A stretch of 64,000 nt of DNA from assembly GCA_902577945.1 (NCBI GenBank), contig CACHBB010000001.1, forward strand, positions 109,344 through 173,343. The letters run 5' to 3'. Below are positions 31,912 through 41,957 of the stretch, piece by piece; position 1 is the first letter of the stretch; each line of letters opens with the position of its first letter. The stretch comes from an uncultured Alphaproteobacteria bacterium (GTDB taxonomy: Bacteria > Pseudomonadota > Alphaproteobacteria > HIMB59 > GCA-002718135). A program made the translations under genes and the position numbers. A model generated the notes under the pieces. The model searched no databases and had not been told where the DNA came from. It saw nothing but the letters and a program-made list of their open reading frames with translations.

Positions 31912-32595
31912 TTACGAGCCAAAACAATATCCTGCTGATCTCACGGTTCTTATAAAATCTTCTTTTTCGTCATTATTTATGGCCTTTCGCAGTCTTCTTA
32001 TATGAACATCAACTGTTCGAGGTTCTACATGGGCCTCATTTTTCCAAACATGATTAAGTAATTGTTCGCGGCTAAAGACACGACCAATATTTTCCATGAA
32101 GAAAGCTAATAAATTAAATTCTGTTGGACCAAGATGAAGAGTTTCTCCATCTCGTGATGCCGAGTGAGATACAAGATCAATTACTATTCCTTTATAAGTT
32201 AAAACTTCATCTACAAACATTGGTCTTATTCGTCGAAGAACAGCTTTTACTCTTGCCACTAATTCGTTAACCGAAAAAGGTTTTGTAATGTAATCATCTG
32301 CTCCAGTTTCTAAGCCACGAAGTTTATCTTCTTCTTCACCTTTCGCTGTTAACATTATGATAGGAATATTCTTATGTTGTTTATGTTTTCTAATTCTTCG
32401 ACAGAGTTCAATTCCTGATAACTCTGGTAACATCCAATCAAGAATAATTATGTCAGGTGGTTTATATAATATTTTTTCTAAAGCAGTTTCACCATCCGTT
32501 GCAGTATCTATTTTATATCCTTCTTTGTTAAAATTAAATTTTAAAAGATCTAATAATGCTTCTTCATCTTCAACGATAAGCATTTTTAGTTTCAT
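31912..32595 (-). CDS. phoB: Phosphate regulon response regulator
   Basis: LDWMLP, GADDYITKPFS, LGPTEF, RTVDVHIRRLRK, RTVRSAGY. Confidence 0.96.
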   Translation of the reverse strand: MKLKMLIVEDEEALLDLLKFNFNKEGYKIDTATDGETALEKILYKPPDIIILDWMLPELSGIELCRRIRKHKQHKNIPIIMLTAKGEEEDKLRGLETGADDYITKPFSVNELVARVKAVLRRIRPMFVDEVLTYKGIVIDLVSHSASRDGETLHLGPTEFNLLAFFMENIGRVFSREQLLNHVWKNEAHVEPRTVDVHIRRLRKAINNDEKEDFIRTVRSAGYCFGS

Positions 32596-32617
32596 GAATC
32601 TCTATTATTTAATTTTT

Positions 32618-32635
32618 GTTACAATTCTATTACAA
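32618..32635 (-). promoter_or_regulatory. Pho-box-like site upstream of phoB
   Basis: TTGTAAT-AGAA-TTGTAAC, then N10-TAATAG-N6-ATG. Confidence 0.7.
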
Positions 32636-32636
32636 T

Positions 32637-33347
32637 TTATTTCTTCTTTGGAAGAATTGCTTCCCAGGTTGGGTCTGGATTACCATCAATTAGGGGCTCA
32701 CCAGAAACTGCATAGTAAATATCTTCTGCAATATTTTGAACATAGTCACCTATTCGCTCTAGGTCTTTAACCATATATAAAAGACTTGTACATGCTGTGA
32801 TTCTCTTTGGTTCTTCCATCATGTAGGTTAATAGTTGTCTTAATATTCCAAGATATTCTTCATCAATTTGTCTATCCATTAACCAAACTTTTTTTGCGGC
32901 TTGATCTGAAAATTCTAAAAAAGCTTTTATTACTTCACTAATCATTATATTTACTTGTGCACCCATATTAATAATATCTCTCGAAGGTTTTTCTGGCAAA
33001 ACTATTTCTGCTACTGCTACTCTTTTGGCAATATTTGTTGCATGATCTCCTATTCTTTCTAGATCTTTATTGATTTTAATTGCTGAAAAAATTGTTCGTA
33101 AGTCTGCAGCCATCGGTTGTCTTTTGCCAAGTATTTCAACTAAGCTTTGATCAAGAGTATTATATGCTTTATCAATTACATCATCGTTTTCTATAATTTT
33201 TTCTGCAAATTCTGTATCTTTATCCTTTAAACATTGAAGTGAGTCTTTTAGTTGATTTTCAACTAAACTGCCCATATCAACAATATTATTTTTAATGTCT
33301 CTAATTTCTTCATCATATGATTTTACAATATGTCCTTCTTGTTTCAT
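32637..33347 (-). CDS. phoU: Phosphate signalling protein
   Basis: QPMAADLR, DLERIGDH and DLERIGDY repeats. Confidence 0.96.
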   Translation of the reverse strand: MKQEGHIVKSYDEEIRDIKNNIVDMGSLVENQLKDSLQCLKDKDTEFAEKIIENDDVIDKAYNTLDQSLVEILGKRQPMAADLRTIFSAIKINKDLERIGDHATNIAKRVAVAEIVLPEKPSRDIINMGAQVNIMISEVIKAFLEFSDQAAKKVWLMDRQIDEEYLGILRQLLTYMMEEPKRITACTSLLYMVKDLERIGDYVQNIAEDIYYAVSGEPLIDGNPDPTWEAILPKKK

Positions 33348-34108
33348 TAACCAAATCTCCCTGTAATGTAATCCTGTGTTTTTGTATTATCAGGATTTGT
33401 AAAAATTTTGTTTGTCTCACCCGTTTCTATTAATTCTCCTAAATGGAAGAAACATGTTTTCTGCGAAACCCTGGCTGCCTGTTGCATAGAATGAGTTACT
33501 ATAATAATTGTATAGTTTAATCTTAACTCATCAATTAATTCTTCTATAATAGCAGTTGCTATTGGATCTAAAGCAGAGCAAGGTTCATCCATTAGGATTA
33601 TTTCAGGATTAACAGCAATTGCTCTTGCAATACATAATCGTTGTTGTTGACCGCCTGATAAACTTGTTCCAGGTTCATTTAATCGATCTTTTACTTCATC
33701 AAATAGACCTGCCTTTTTTAATGATGAATGTACAATTTCTTCTAATTCATTTTTTGAGTCAACTAAACCATGTATAGTTGGGCCATAAGCAACATTATCA
33801 AAAATAGATTTAGGAAAAGGATTTGGTTTTTGAAATACCATTCCAATTTTAGATCTTAGACTTACAACATCGGTTTTTTCACTAATAATTTCTTCGTTAT
33901 CTACTTTTATTGATCCCGATACTTTACATATTTCAATTAAATCATTCATTCTGTTTATACATCTTAAGAAAGTTGATTTACCACATCCTGAAGGACCGAT
34001 TAATGCCGTAACTTCTTTCTCCTTGATATCCATTGAGATTCCAAAAAGAGCTTGTTTGGATCCATAATATACATCTACACCATTTGCCAATATTTTAGAG
34101 TTACTCAT
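33347..34108 (-). CDS. pstB: Phosphate ABC transporter ATPase
   Basis: [42 protein letters not shown]. Confidence 0.97.
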   Translation of the reverse strand: MSNSKILANGVDVYYGSKQALFGISMDIKEKEVTALIGPSGCGKSTFLRCINRMNDLIEICKVSGSIKVDNEEIISEKTDVVSLRSKIGMVFQKPNPFPKSIFDNVAYGPTIHGLVDSKNELEEIVHSSLKKAGLFDEVKDRLNEPGTSLSGGQQQRLCIARAIAVNPEIILMDEPCSALDPIATAIIEELIDELRLNYTIIIVTHSMQQAARVSQKTCFFHLGELIETGETNKIFTNPDNTKTQDYITGRFG

Positions 34109-34111
34109 GTT

Positions 34112-35392
34112 TTACCACTTCCTTTCAAATCTATTTCTTAAGAACACTGCAATGGCATTCATCATAAACAAAAATATTAAAATTACCATTATTGCTGCGG
34201 CTGATTTTTCTTGAAAACCTCTTTCTGCACTTTCCACCCAAAGATATATTTGAACAGGTAGTGCTGCTGAAGGTTCTGTTAAACCAGTTGGAATATTAGG
34301 AATAAATGCAATCATACCAATCATTATTAGTGGTGCTGTTTCTCCTAATGCTTGTGCTAATCCAATAATAGTCCCTGTTAAAGTCCCTGGTAGTGCAAGG
34401 GGTACGACATGATGAAATACCGCTTGTGTTTTTGTTGCTCCAACTGCAAGTGCTCCTTCTTTAATTGAAGGAGGAACAGCTTTCAATGAAGCTCGACAGG
34501 CAATGATAATGGTTGGTAACGTCATTAAGGCTAATACGGACCCTCCAACTAACGGTGTACTCCTTGGAAGACCAAAAACATTAAGCAATACCCCCAACCC
34601 AAGTAGTCCAAAAACTATTGATGGGACTGCTGCTAGATTTGAAATATTTACTTCTATTAATTCAGTTATTCTATTTTTTGGAGCAAATTCCTCAAGATAA
34701 ACAGACGCTCCTATAGCAATTGGAAAAGATAAAATAAAAACAGTAAAAAGAGTAAATAATGATCCCATAAATGAACCAGCTACACCAGCAATTTCAGGAT
34801 GCCTTGAATCTGCTTTAGTAAAAAAGAAATTATTAAAAACTTGTTTAACTCTATTTTCTTCAACTAATTGATCAACATAACTTAATTGAATATCATTTAA
34901 TTTTCTTCTATCTTCTGGCACATCTCTTCTTGAATTACCTTTTAATAGTTGATCCACATCACTATGGGCAGTTACCCAAATTTGTTGCTTTGTATTAATG
35001 ACTTCAGGATTTTCTAAGAAGTAGTCTTTAATTTCGTTATCTACATTTATAGAAAATAATTTTTTTATTAATTTAATATCTGATTTTGAGAGATCTGGGA
35101 AAAAATTTTCAATAGCCTGTTTTTTAACTCTAAAAAATTTTCCTTTTTCCATCTCTTCATCTGAAGATTCAGGTGTTAGTTTTAAGACCTCTTGATTATA
35201 ATCAACTTCTAGGAGAACAATTGTTTTTTGAAAAGCAGTGTATCCTTTTGAAAATATTGTATACAAAAGGAAAACTAAAACTGCTAAAGATAAACACATA
35301 GCTGTAAAGCCATAATACTTAAATCGTATATCTTCTAAACTTCTCTTTTTTCTCAAAGAAACAATTTTTTCTTTAGCAATAGAATTATTCAT
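34112..35392 (-). CDS. pstA: Phosphate ABC transporter permease
   Basis: YLEEFA, LAAVPSIVFG, GETAPL. Confidence 0.95.
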   Translation of the reverse strand: MNNSIAKEKIVSLRKKRSLEDIRFKYYGFTAMCLSLAVLVFLLYTIFSKGYTAFQKTIVLLEVDYNQEVLKLTPESSDEEMEKGKFFRVKKQAIENFFPDLSKSDIKLIKKLFSINVDNEIKDYFLENPEVINTKQQIWVTAHSDVDQLLKGNSRRDVPEDRRKLNDIQLSYVDQLVEENRVKQVFNNFFFTKADSRHPEIAGVAGSFMGSLFTLFTVFILSFPIAIGASVYLEEFAPKNRITELIEVNISNLAAVPSIVFGLLGLGVLLNVFGLPRSTPLVGGSVLALMTLPTIIIACRASLKAVPPSIKEGALAVGATKTQAVFHHVVPLALPGTLTGTIIGLAQALGETAPLIMIGMIAFIPNIPTGLTEPSAALPVQIYLWVESAERGFQEKSAAAIMVILIFLFMMNAIAVFLRNRFERKW

Positions 35393-36758
35393 AACGCTCC
35401 CTGTATCTCTTTACTATTTGTAGAGCTATAATGTTAAGAAATAATGTAATAACAAATAAAACTAATCCTAAAGCAAATGCTGATAATGTTCTTGGGTTAT
35501 CAAATTCTTGATCACCTATTAAGGCCACAACAATTTGAACTGTAACTGTTGTTACATTTTCAAAAGGATTACCTGTAAGATTGGGAGCTGTACCTGCTGC
35601 AACTACAACAATCATAGTCTCCCCTATCGCTCTGGATATTGCTAACAAAAATGCTCCTACAATTCCAGGTAAAGCTGCTGGTAAAATTACTTTTTTAATA
35701 GTTTCTGCTTTATTAGCGCCAATACCAAGAGATGCTTCCCTTAGACTTTGCGGGACAGAGTTTATTACATCATCAGATAAAGAAGAAATAAAAGGAATAA
35801 TCATAACCCCCATTACCATACCAGCTGCAAGGGCGCTTGTTGGTGAAGCATCAATTCCAATTGATTGTCCAAATGCTTTTACGAAAGGCGCAACACTAAC
35901 AAAGGCAAAGAACCCATAAACTATTGTTGGTATCCCTGCTAAAATTTCAAGAAGAGGTTTAACTGTTTTTCTAACTCTTTGACTTGCGTATTCTGCTAAA
36001 TAAATTGCTGTTAATAATCCAAGAGGTGCCGCAACACACATGGCTACTACCATTACTAAAAATGTTCCAGCAAATATTGGTACTGCACCAAAGGATCCCT
36101 CTGCAGCTGTTTGACCTTCTCTAATTGGAATAAAAGGGTACCACTCGGTACTGAATAAAAATTCAGATATTGATACCTCTGCAAAAAAGCGAAGGCTTTC
36201 AAATATTAGTGAAAAAACTATTCCTAATGTAGTAAAAATAGCAACAGATGAACAAAATATAAGTATATATTGAATATATTTTTCAATTGTATGTTGAGCA
36301 TGAAATTCTGGTTTTAATTTTTGTGAAGCGTATAAGGCTCCAAGTAACATCATAATGATTATTGAGGTATAAAAAGATATTTGACTTATTTGTTTTAAGG
36401 AAGAATAATGAGATGCAGCATTAATTATTTCTATAGATTTACCATCAGCAAAAGAGGGGTTATTAGCAACATTTCTAATCTCTGCTAACAATAATCCTTC
36501 GTTGTAGACCGCACCCTCAATAAATTCAAAGTTACTAATAACTATGTTTTGAATAATCTGCTCTTGAAAAATAGCCCATGAAAAATAAACAATTAGTGCA
36601 GGAAACAAACACCACATTAAAACGTATTGTGCGTAATAATTGGGAAGAGATTTGCTTTTCGTACCTTGTTTTTTAGAGTTTAATTTAATTCTTGATCTTC
36701 CGTATATAAAGGATGAGAAAATTCCGACTGCAATTAAAACTAAAGACCAAAAAAACAT
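35385..36758 (-). CDS. pstC: Phosphate ABC transporter permease
   Basis: YLAEYA, LAGIPTIVYG, SRAIGETMIV. Confidence 0.95.
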   Translation of the reverse strand: MFFWSLVLIAVGIFSSFIYGRSRIKLNSKKQGTKSKSLPNYYAQYVLMWCLFPALIVYFSWAIFQEQIIQNIVISNFEFIEGAVYNEGLLLAEIRNVANNPSFADGKSIEIINAASHYSSLKQISQISFYTSIIIMMLLGALYASQKLKPEFHAQHTIEKYIQYILIFCSSVAIFTTLGIVFSLIFESLRFFAEVSISEFLFSTEWYPFIPIREGQTAAEGSFGAVPIFAGTFLVMVVAMCVAAPLGLLTAIYLAEYASQRVRKTVKPLLEILAGIPTIVYGFFAFVSVAPFVKAFGQSIGIDASPTSALAAGMVMGVMIIPFISSLSDDVINSVPQSLREASLGIGANKAETIKKVILPAALPGIVGAFLLAISRAIGETMIVVVAAGTAPNLTGNPFENVTTVTVQIVVALIGDQEFDNPRTLSAFALGLVLFVITLFLNIIALQIVKRYRERYE

Positions 36759-36773
36759 TTATTACTTATTATT

Positions 36774-36799
36774 AAAAAAAAGGGGGCTTGTATGCCCCC
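36774..36799 (-). terminator. Terminator/stabilising hairpin after pstS
   Basis: GGGGGC-ATACAA-GCCCCC followed by a T run on the minus strand. Confidence 0.75.
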
Positions 36800-36821
36800 A
36801 TTTTATAAAAATTAAAGATTT

Positions 36822-37829
36822 TTATTTATAATTTGTTTGATTAGAAATAGCATCAAGAACTGCTGCTCTATCCGCAGGACTTAGTTGAACAAGTCCGGCA
36901 TCTAGTAAGTAACCTTCTGTTGCTTCTTCACTTACAAACTCATTAACATAATCCATTAAACCTGGAATAACGCCAATGTGTGCTTTTTTAATGTAGAAGA
37001 ATAAAGGTCTTGCTATTGGATATGAATAATCTTGGATACCTTCCATAGAGATTTCAACACCGTTAATCATTGATGCTTTAACTTTATCAGAGTTATTAGA
37101 TACAAAACTATAACCAAAGATACCGAATGCACCTTGTTCTTTGGTTATATGCTCAACATACAATTCATCATTTTCACCACCTTCAATAACATGGCCATCT
37201 TCACGATACGCTTTACAATCTCCGTCAGCAACTAACATATCTTTAACACAACCCTTTTTCATTACAAGTGAGTCAAATGCATCTCTTGTTCCAGAAGTTG
37301 GAGGAGGTGCCATGATAGAAATTTCAACTTTTGGTAATCTTTTATCTATTTCATACCAAGTTGTTGGAGCATTTTCATTATCTCTAGCCATTGCCTGCCA
37401 GATTTCTTCTTTAGTTAAATCAATGCCACCTTTCATTGTAGCACCGTTAGTATATTTCCATTCATAATCTGCAGCGTATGCAAAAGCTATACCATCATTA
37501 CCAACTCTAACTTCGATGATATCGGTTACACCACCATCTTGACAAAGTTTGAATTCTTTATCTTTTTGTGCTCTTGAGGAGTTAGTGATATCTGGATGCT
37601 CAACACCAACGCCAGCACAAAATAATTTGTGTCCTCCACCAGAACCAGTTGATTCAATTACGGGTGCTTTCATTCCTTGAGATGCCATTTTTTCAGCAAC
37701 TAAAGTAGCGAAAGGATAAACTGTAGAAGATCCTACAATTGAAATATAGTCTCTTGCTGAAACTGAAGTAGTTCCAAATAAAGCAAGGACAGCAATTAAT
37801 TTGATTATATTTTTCATATTAAGCCTCAT
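36822..37829 (-). CDS. pstS: Phosphate-binding protein (start possibly 37817)
   Basis: Signal peptide; GSSTVYP, TGSGGG, SSR, SGTRD, YPIARPLF. Confidence 0.95.
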   Translation of the reverse strand: MRLNMKNIIKLIAVLALFGTTSVSARDYISIVGSSTVYPFATLVAEKMASQGMKAPVIESTGSGGGHKLFCAGVGVEHPDITNSSRAQKDKEFKLCQDGGVTDIIEVRVGNDGIAFAYAADYEWKYTNGATMKGGIDLTKEEIWQAMARDNENAPTTWYEIDKRLPKVEISIMAPPPTSGTRDAFDSLVMKKGCVKDMLVADGDCKAYREDGHVIEGGENDELYVEHITKEQGAFGIFGYSFVSNNSDKVKASMINGVEISMEGIQDYSYPIARPLFFYIKKAHIGVIPGLMDYVNEFVSEEATEGYLLDAGLVQLSPADRAAVLDAISNQTNYK

Positions 37830-37858
37830 TTAAAATAAGGTTGTCCTACAGAATATAT

Positions 37859-37876
37859 ATTAAGGATTTATTACAA
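37859..37876 (-). promoter_or_regulatory. Pho-box-like site upstream of pstS, overlapping the phoR 3' end
   Basis: TTGTAAT-AAAT-CCTTAAT-N10-TAGGAC. Confidence 0.6.
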
Positions 37877-38912
37877 TTTGCTGAATTACTGGTAAAGAAA
37901 TAGTAAATGTTGAGCCCTTATCCACCTTGCTTTTTATTGATAATTTACCATTATGCTTATTAATTATATGTTTAACAATAGATAAACCCAAACCGGTACC
38001 ACCTTGATTTCGAGATCTATTTTTATCTACTCTATAAAATCTTTCAGTAAGTCTTGTTAAATGCTCTTTTGATATACCTTCTCCGTTATCTATAAAACTT
38101 ATTTGGCAAAAGGCGGTATTGTCATCAATGACTCCCTCAATCTCAATACCAATAGTAGAATTTTCTCTGCTATATTTTATTGCGTTATCAGTTAAGTTTA
38201 AAAAAACTTGAATTAGAGCATCTTTGTTTGCTGATATTGTAGACTTATCAAAATCATCCTTGATTTGAACTTCAATTTTTTTTGCCATTAATTTGTTTTG
38301 TAAATTATCTACTACACCATCAATTAATTTCCTTATATTCGCTTCTTGAAATTCTATCGGCTTATCTTCAGTCTCATATTTACTTAGTAATAATAAATCT
38401 TCGACAAGTCTAGTCATACGCCAAGCCTGATCTTCCATTGTGTCTAAAAATTTACCAACCGTTTTTTCTTTATCCTTATGTTCATTGAGTGAATTTTTAA
38501 TTGTTTCAACATAGCCTAGAATTGAGGAAAGAGGAGTTCTCAATTCATGGCTTACATTGGCCACAAAATCTGTTCGCATTTGTTCGTAGTTTTTAAGAAG
38601 ACTTTGATCATTTAGTGATATTAACAATTCTTCATAATCTTTTTCAACAAATATTAAGTCAGCAATAAAATACATATCACTGAAATTAGATGGGGTGAAT
38701 TCAAACTTAAAATCTTCTTTCTCTCTAAAGGCTTTATCAATAAATGAATTTAATTCTGCTGATCTAATAATGTTGTTGAGATCTCTTCCTTCATCGATAA
38801 ATAAAAATTTTTGTTTAGCTGCATTATTATAAAAAATTATTTCCTTATTTGTATCAATTGCAATAATAATCGAAGGTATCTTACTTAGACTTAGTCTTAG
38901 TTTTTTTTTCAT
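37860..38912 (-). CDS. phoR: Sensor histidine kinase PhoR, no transmembrane segment
   Basis: FVANVSHELRTPL, NLTDNAIKY, RLTERFYRVD, GTGLGL; in pst operon. Confidence 0.93.
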   Translation of the reverse strand: MKKKLRLSLSKIPSIIIAIDTNKEIIFYNNAAKQKFLFIDEGRDLNNIIRSAELNSFIDKAFREKEDFKFEFTPSNFSDMYFIADLIFVEKDYEELLISLNDQSLLKNYEQMRTDFVANVSHELRTPLSSILGYVETIKNSLNEHKDKEKTVGKFLDTMEDQAWRMTRLVEDLLLLSKYETEDKPIEFQEANIRKLIDGVVDNLQNKLMAKKIEVQIKDDFDKSTISANKDALIQVFLNLTDNAIKYSRENSTIGIEIEGVIDDNTAFCQISFIDNGEGISKEHLTRLTERFYRVDKNRSRNQGGTGLGLSIVKHIINKHNGKLSIKSKVDKGSTFTISLPVIQQIVINP

Positions 38913-39381
38913 ATTTTTTTAATTTCGGCCAATCATTGTCACTTAAAATATAACCTACACAATTTCTAGAACCACACTTACAAATGTGATCCATAAAATC
39001 TGTATCAAAAGGATAACCATAGTTATAGAAAAGTTCATCTCCTTTTTTTATTCTTTTAATGGAAGAAATCCAAATTTCGTTATCTATAATGTCTACTTCA
39101 CAATTAGGATTACATGAATGATTGATAAATTTTGCAAAATTATAATCAACATCACCGTCTATGTCGTATCGCTTGTTTAGCTCAAAAACATAAACCATAC
39201 CGTTATTTTTATCTTTTTTTGCTTTCCGGATTTGTTTATCAGCTCTTTTGTCACCCTCTCTTTTTGTAACTTTATCCCCTATATACTGAATAACTTTTGA
39301 GCCTTTTTTGATGTCATTTTTGGCAAACAAACCCGAACCGTGAAGAGGAGATTTTTTTTTGAACCAGAGTTTTTGTGCCAT
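38881..39381 (-). CDS. SET-domain protein-lysine methyltransferase with post-SET motif
   Basis: HGSGLFA, FINHSCNPN, ELFYNY, CKCGSRNC. Confidence 0.9.
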   Translation of the reverse strand: MAQKLWFKKKSPLHGSGLFAKNDIKKGSKVIQYIGDKVTKREGDKRADKQIRKAKKDKNNGMVYVFELNKRYDIDGDVDYNFAKFINHSCNPNCEVDIIDNEIWISSIKRIKKGDELFYNYGYPFDTDFMDHICKCGSRNCVGYILSDNDWPKLKKYEKKTKTKSK

Positions 39382-39476
39382 ATATATATAATTAATCTAT
39401 TACATTACGAAGATATGCAAATAAATTATATTATAAAATGCATCTTTTATGTATATAGACGCTTCTGTAAATTTAC

Positions 39477-40289
39477 ATGAAATTTGAAACTAACAAAAAA
39501 TATTATCGAACAATCTGGATATCAGATACACATTTAGGTACTAGTGGATGTAAAAGCTCAATGCTTTTAGAATTCTTGAGAGAGACAGATTCAGAATATT
39601 TATTCTTAGTAGGCGATATTGTTGATGGTTGGCGCATGCGTAAGAAAATGTATTGGCCTCAAGAACACAATGACGTTGTTCAAAAAGTTTTAAAGAAAGC
39701 GAAAAATGGAACTAAGGTTGTACTTATTCCAGGAAATCATGATGAGGTATTAAAAGATTTTACGAATTTTTCTTTTGGAGAAATTTCAATCAAAAATGAA
39801 GATACACATCAATTAGCTGATGGAAGGAAAGTACTGATTACACACGGAGATGAATTTGATGCTGTGATCATTAATGCGAGGTGGTTAGCCAAAGTTGGAT
39901 CAGCACTTTATGAATATTTACTAAAGTTAAATAATGTATTTAATTTTATTCGACGAAAGATGGGCTTGTCTTACTGGTCACTGTCTCAATATTTAAAAAA
40001 GAAAACAAAGCATGCAACCAACTTTATTAGTAATTTTGAGTTTGCTGTATCTGATAGAGCTAGAAGAGAAAATGCCGATGTTGTTGTATGTGGGCATATA
40101 CATAGGCCAGAAATAAAGGAATTAAATGGTGTTCTCTATTGTAATGATGGTGACTGGATTGAAAGTTGTACAGCACTTGTTGAAGATGAAATTGGCAATT
40201 TATCAATTCTTAATTGGCCCGAAGAAAGAGAAAATTTAAAATTAATTTCTTTAGAAGAAAGACGAAAAATAAAAGAGGATGCAGCCTAA
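39477..40289 (+). CDS. plcP: PlcP-type phospholipase C (metallophosphoesterase), copy 1
   Basis: ISDTHLG, GDIVDGW, PGNHD, HGD, CGHIH, NDGDW; coupled to a GT4 gene. Confidence 0.85.
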   Translation: MKFETNKKYYRTIWISDTHLGTSGCKSSMLLEFLRETDSEYLFLVGDIVDGWRMRKKMYWPQEHNDVVQKVLKKAKNGTKVVLIPGNHDEVLKDFTNFSFGEISIKNEDTHQLADGRKVLITHGDEFDAVIINARWLAKVGSALYEYLLKLNNVFNFIRRKMGLSYWSLSQYLKKKTKHATNFISNFEFAVSDRARRENADVVVCGHIHRPEIKELNGVLYCNDGDWIESCTALVEDEIGNLSILNWPEERENLKLISLEERRKIKEDAA

Positions 40290-41280
40290 AAAAATCGCAT
40301 TGATTAGTGATGCGTGGGTCCCTCAGGTAAATGGCGTAGTTACGACATTTCAGAGTATTATACCTATTCTAGAAAAAAAAGGTTTTGAAATTAAAATATT
40401 ACATCCTGCGATGTTTAATAATTTTAGTTATCCTAGGTACAAAGAAATAAAGATTTCTTACAACACTAAGAAAGTTACTGAAAAATTTTTTAAAGAATTT
40501 GATCCAGATATTGTTCATATAATGACTGAAGGTCCCGTAGGTTTTGCTGGTCGTAAGTACTGTCTTAAAAATAAACTACAATATACTTCTTCCTTTCACA
40601 CTCGTTTTCCTGATTATATTAAACAAAGAGCTTTTATCCCAAAGAGATTTACTTATTCCATATTAAGAAAACTACATAGTGATTCTGAAAGAGTTCTTGT
40701 TCCATCAGTTTCAATGCTAAATGAGTTAAAAAAATATAATTTTAAAAATTTAGTAGTTTGGAACAGAGGTGTTGATACAGAATTATTTAATCCAAATAAA
40801 AGAGATATAAACAGCAAGGATACTCAGCTGACTTATGTTGGAAGAGTAGCAATTGAAAAAAATATTGAAGAATTTTTAAAACTTAAAGGGAATTATAATA
40901 AAATAGTTGTGGGGGATGGTCCTGAATTAGAAAAATATATTAATAAGTATCCTGAAGTAAATTTTGTTGGTGTAAAAACTGGAGAAGAATTAGCGAAATA
41001 TTATGCAAACGCAGATGTGTTTGTATTTCCTTCTAAGACAGACACTTTAGGAAATGTAATACTTGAAGCATTGGCTAGTGGAACACCAGTTGCTGCATAT
41101 CCAGTAACTGGGCCTATAGATGTATTAACAGATGAGAAGATTAACACTTTAGATAATGACTTATTACAATCAATTAAAAAAGCGCTTAAAGTAAAAAGGG
41201 TTGATTGTAGAAATTTTACACTTAATTTAACATGGGATAAATGCGTGAAAGAATTTTTAGAATACATGGTAAACGTCTAG
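40279..41280 (+). CDS. agt: GT4 glycosyltransferase (Agt-like glycolipid synthase), copy 1
   Basis: DAWVPQVNGVV, TEGP, FHTRFP, GRVAIEKN, FPSKTDT..EALASG. Confidence 0.8.
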   Translation: MQPKKIALISDAWVPQVNGVVTTFQSIIPILEKKGFEIKILHPAMFNNFSYPRYKEIKISYNTKKVTEKFFKEFDPDIVHIMTEGPVGFAGRKYCLKNKLQYTSSFHTRFPDYIKQRAFIPKRFTYSILRKLHSDSERVLVPSVSMLNELKKYNFKNLVVWNRGVDTELFNPNKRDINSKDTQLTYVGRVAIEKNIEEFLKLKGNYNKIVVGDGPELEKYINKYPEVNFVGVKTGEELAKYYANADVFVFPSKTDTLGNVILEALASGTPVAAYPVTGPIDVLTDEKINTLDNDLLQSIKKALKVKRVDCRNFTLNLTWDKCVKEFLEYMVNV

Positions 41281-41300
41281 TTATTTAGGGTAATTTTGTA

Positions 41301-41957
41301 ATGACATATTCTTTAAGACAAAAAATACTAGCAGAATTTATTGGGACATATTTTCTTGTACTAACAATTGTGGGTAGTGGAATTATGGGAGAGTTAATGT
41401 CAAATGACCTTGGTATAATATTACTAGGAAACACAATTGCAACAGGTGCCATTTTATTTGTAATTATTTCTATGTTTATTAATATCTCAGGGGCATACTT
41501 TAATCCTGCTGTTGTATTAAGTGATATTATTCAAAAAAATATTCCTATTAATTATGGAATAATTTTTATTTTTACTCAGATTATTGCTGGTATATTTGGT
41601 TGTTTAACTGCAAATTGGTATTTTGAATATCCCATAATTGAATGGTCACTCAATGAAAGAGTTGGTGTATTTAAATTCTTTTCAGAAATAATTGCAACTG
41701 TTGGATTATTATTAACTATTTTTATATTAAAAGAGGTAAACAAGGAAAGAATAGCTATTGGTGTCGCTCTATTTATTACTGCAGGATATTGGTTTACATC
41801 ATCAACAAGTTTTGCAAATCCAGCAGTAACCATAGGAAGAATGTTTACAGATAGTTTTAGTGGAATAAGTCCATCAAGCGTTATAGGTTTTATTTTAGCT
41901 CAGATTATTGGTGCTCTTATTGCTACAGTTACTGTTAGATTGTTTTTTAAAAATTAA
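41301..41957 (+). CDS. MIP/aquaporin channel (AqpS-like)
   Basis: AEFIGT, FNPAV, AGYWFTSSTSFANPAVT. Confidence 0.85.
   Translation: MTYSLRQKILAEFIGTYFLVLTIVGSGIMGELMSNDLGIILLGNTIATGAILFVIISMFINISGAYFNPAVVLSDIIQKNIPINYGIIFIFTQIIAGIFGCLTANWYFEYPIIEWSLNERVGVFKFFSEIIATVGLLLTIFILKEVNKERIAIGVALFITAGYWFTSSTSFANPAVTIGRMFTDSFSGISPSSVIGFILAQIIGALIATVTVRLFFKN

Noticed and set aside
39382-39476. Pho box for SET/phoR or plcP copy 1
   Set aside because: TTTGCAT-N4-TCGTAAT is present on the minus strand but the spacing to a TA hexamer is off by one; too weak to call
39477-40289. Calling the metallophosphoesterases LpxH (lipid A synthesis)
   Set aside because: Coupling to a GT4 gene inside a pho region fits PlcP better
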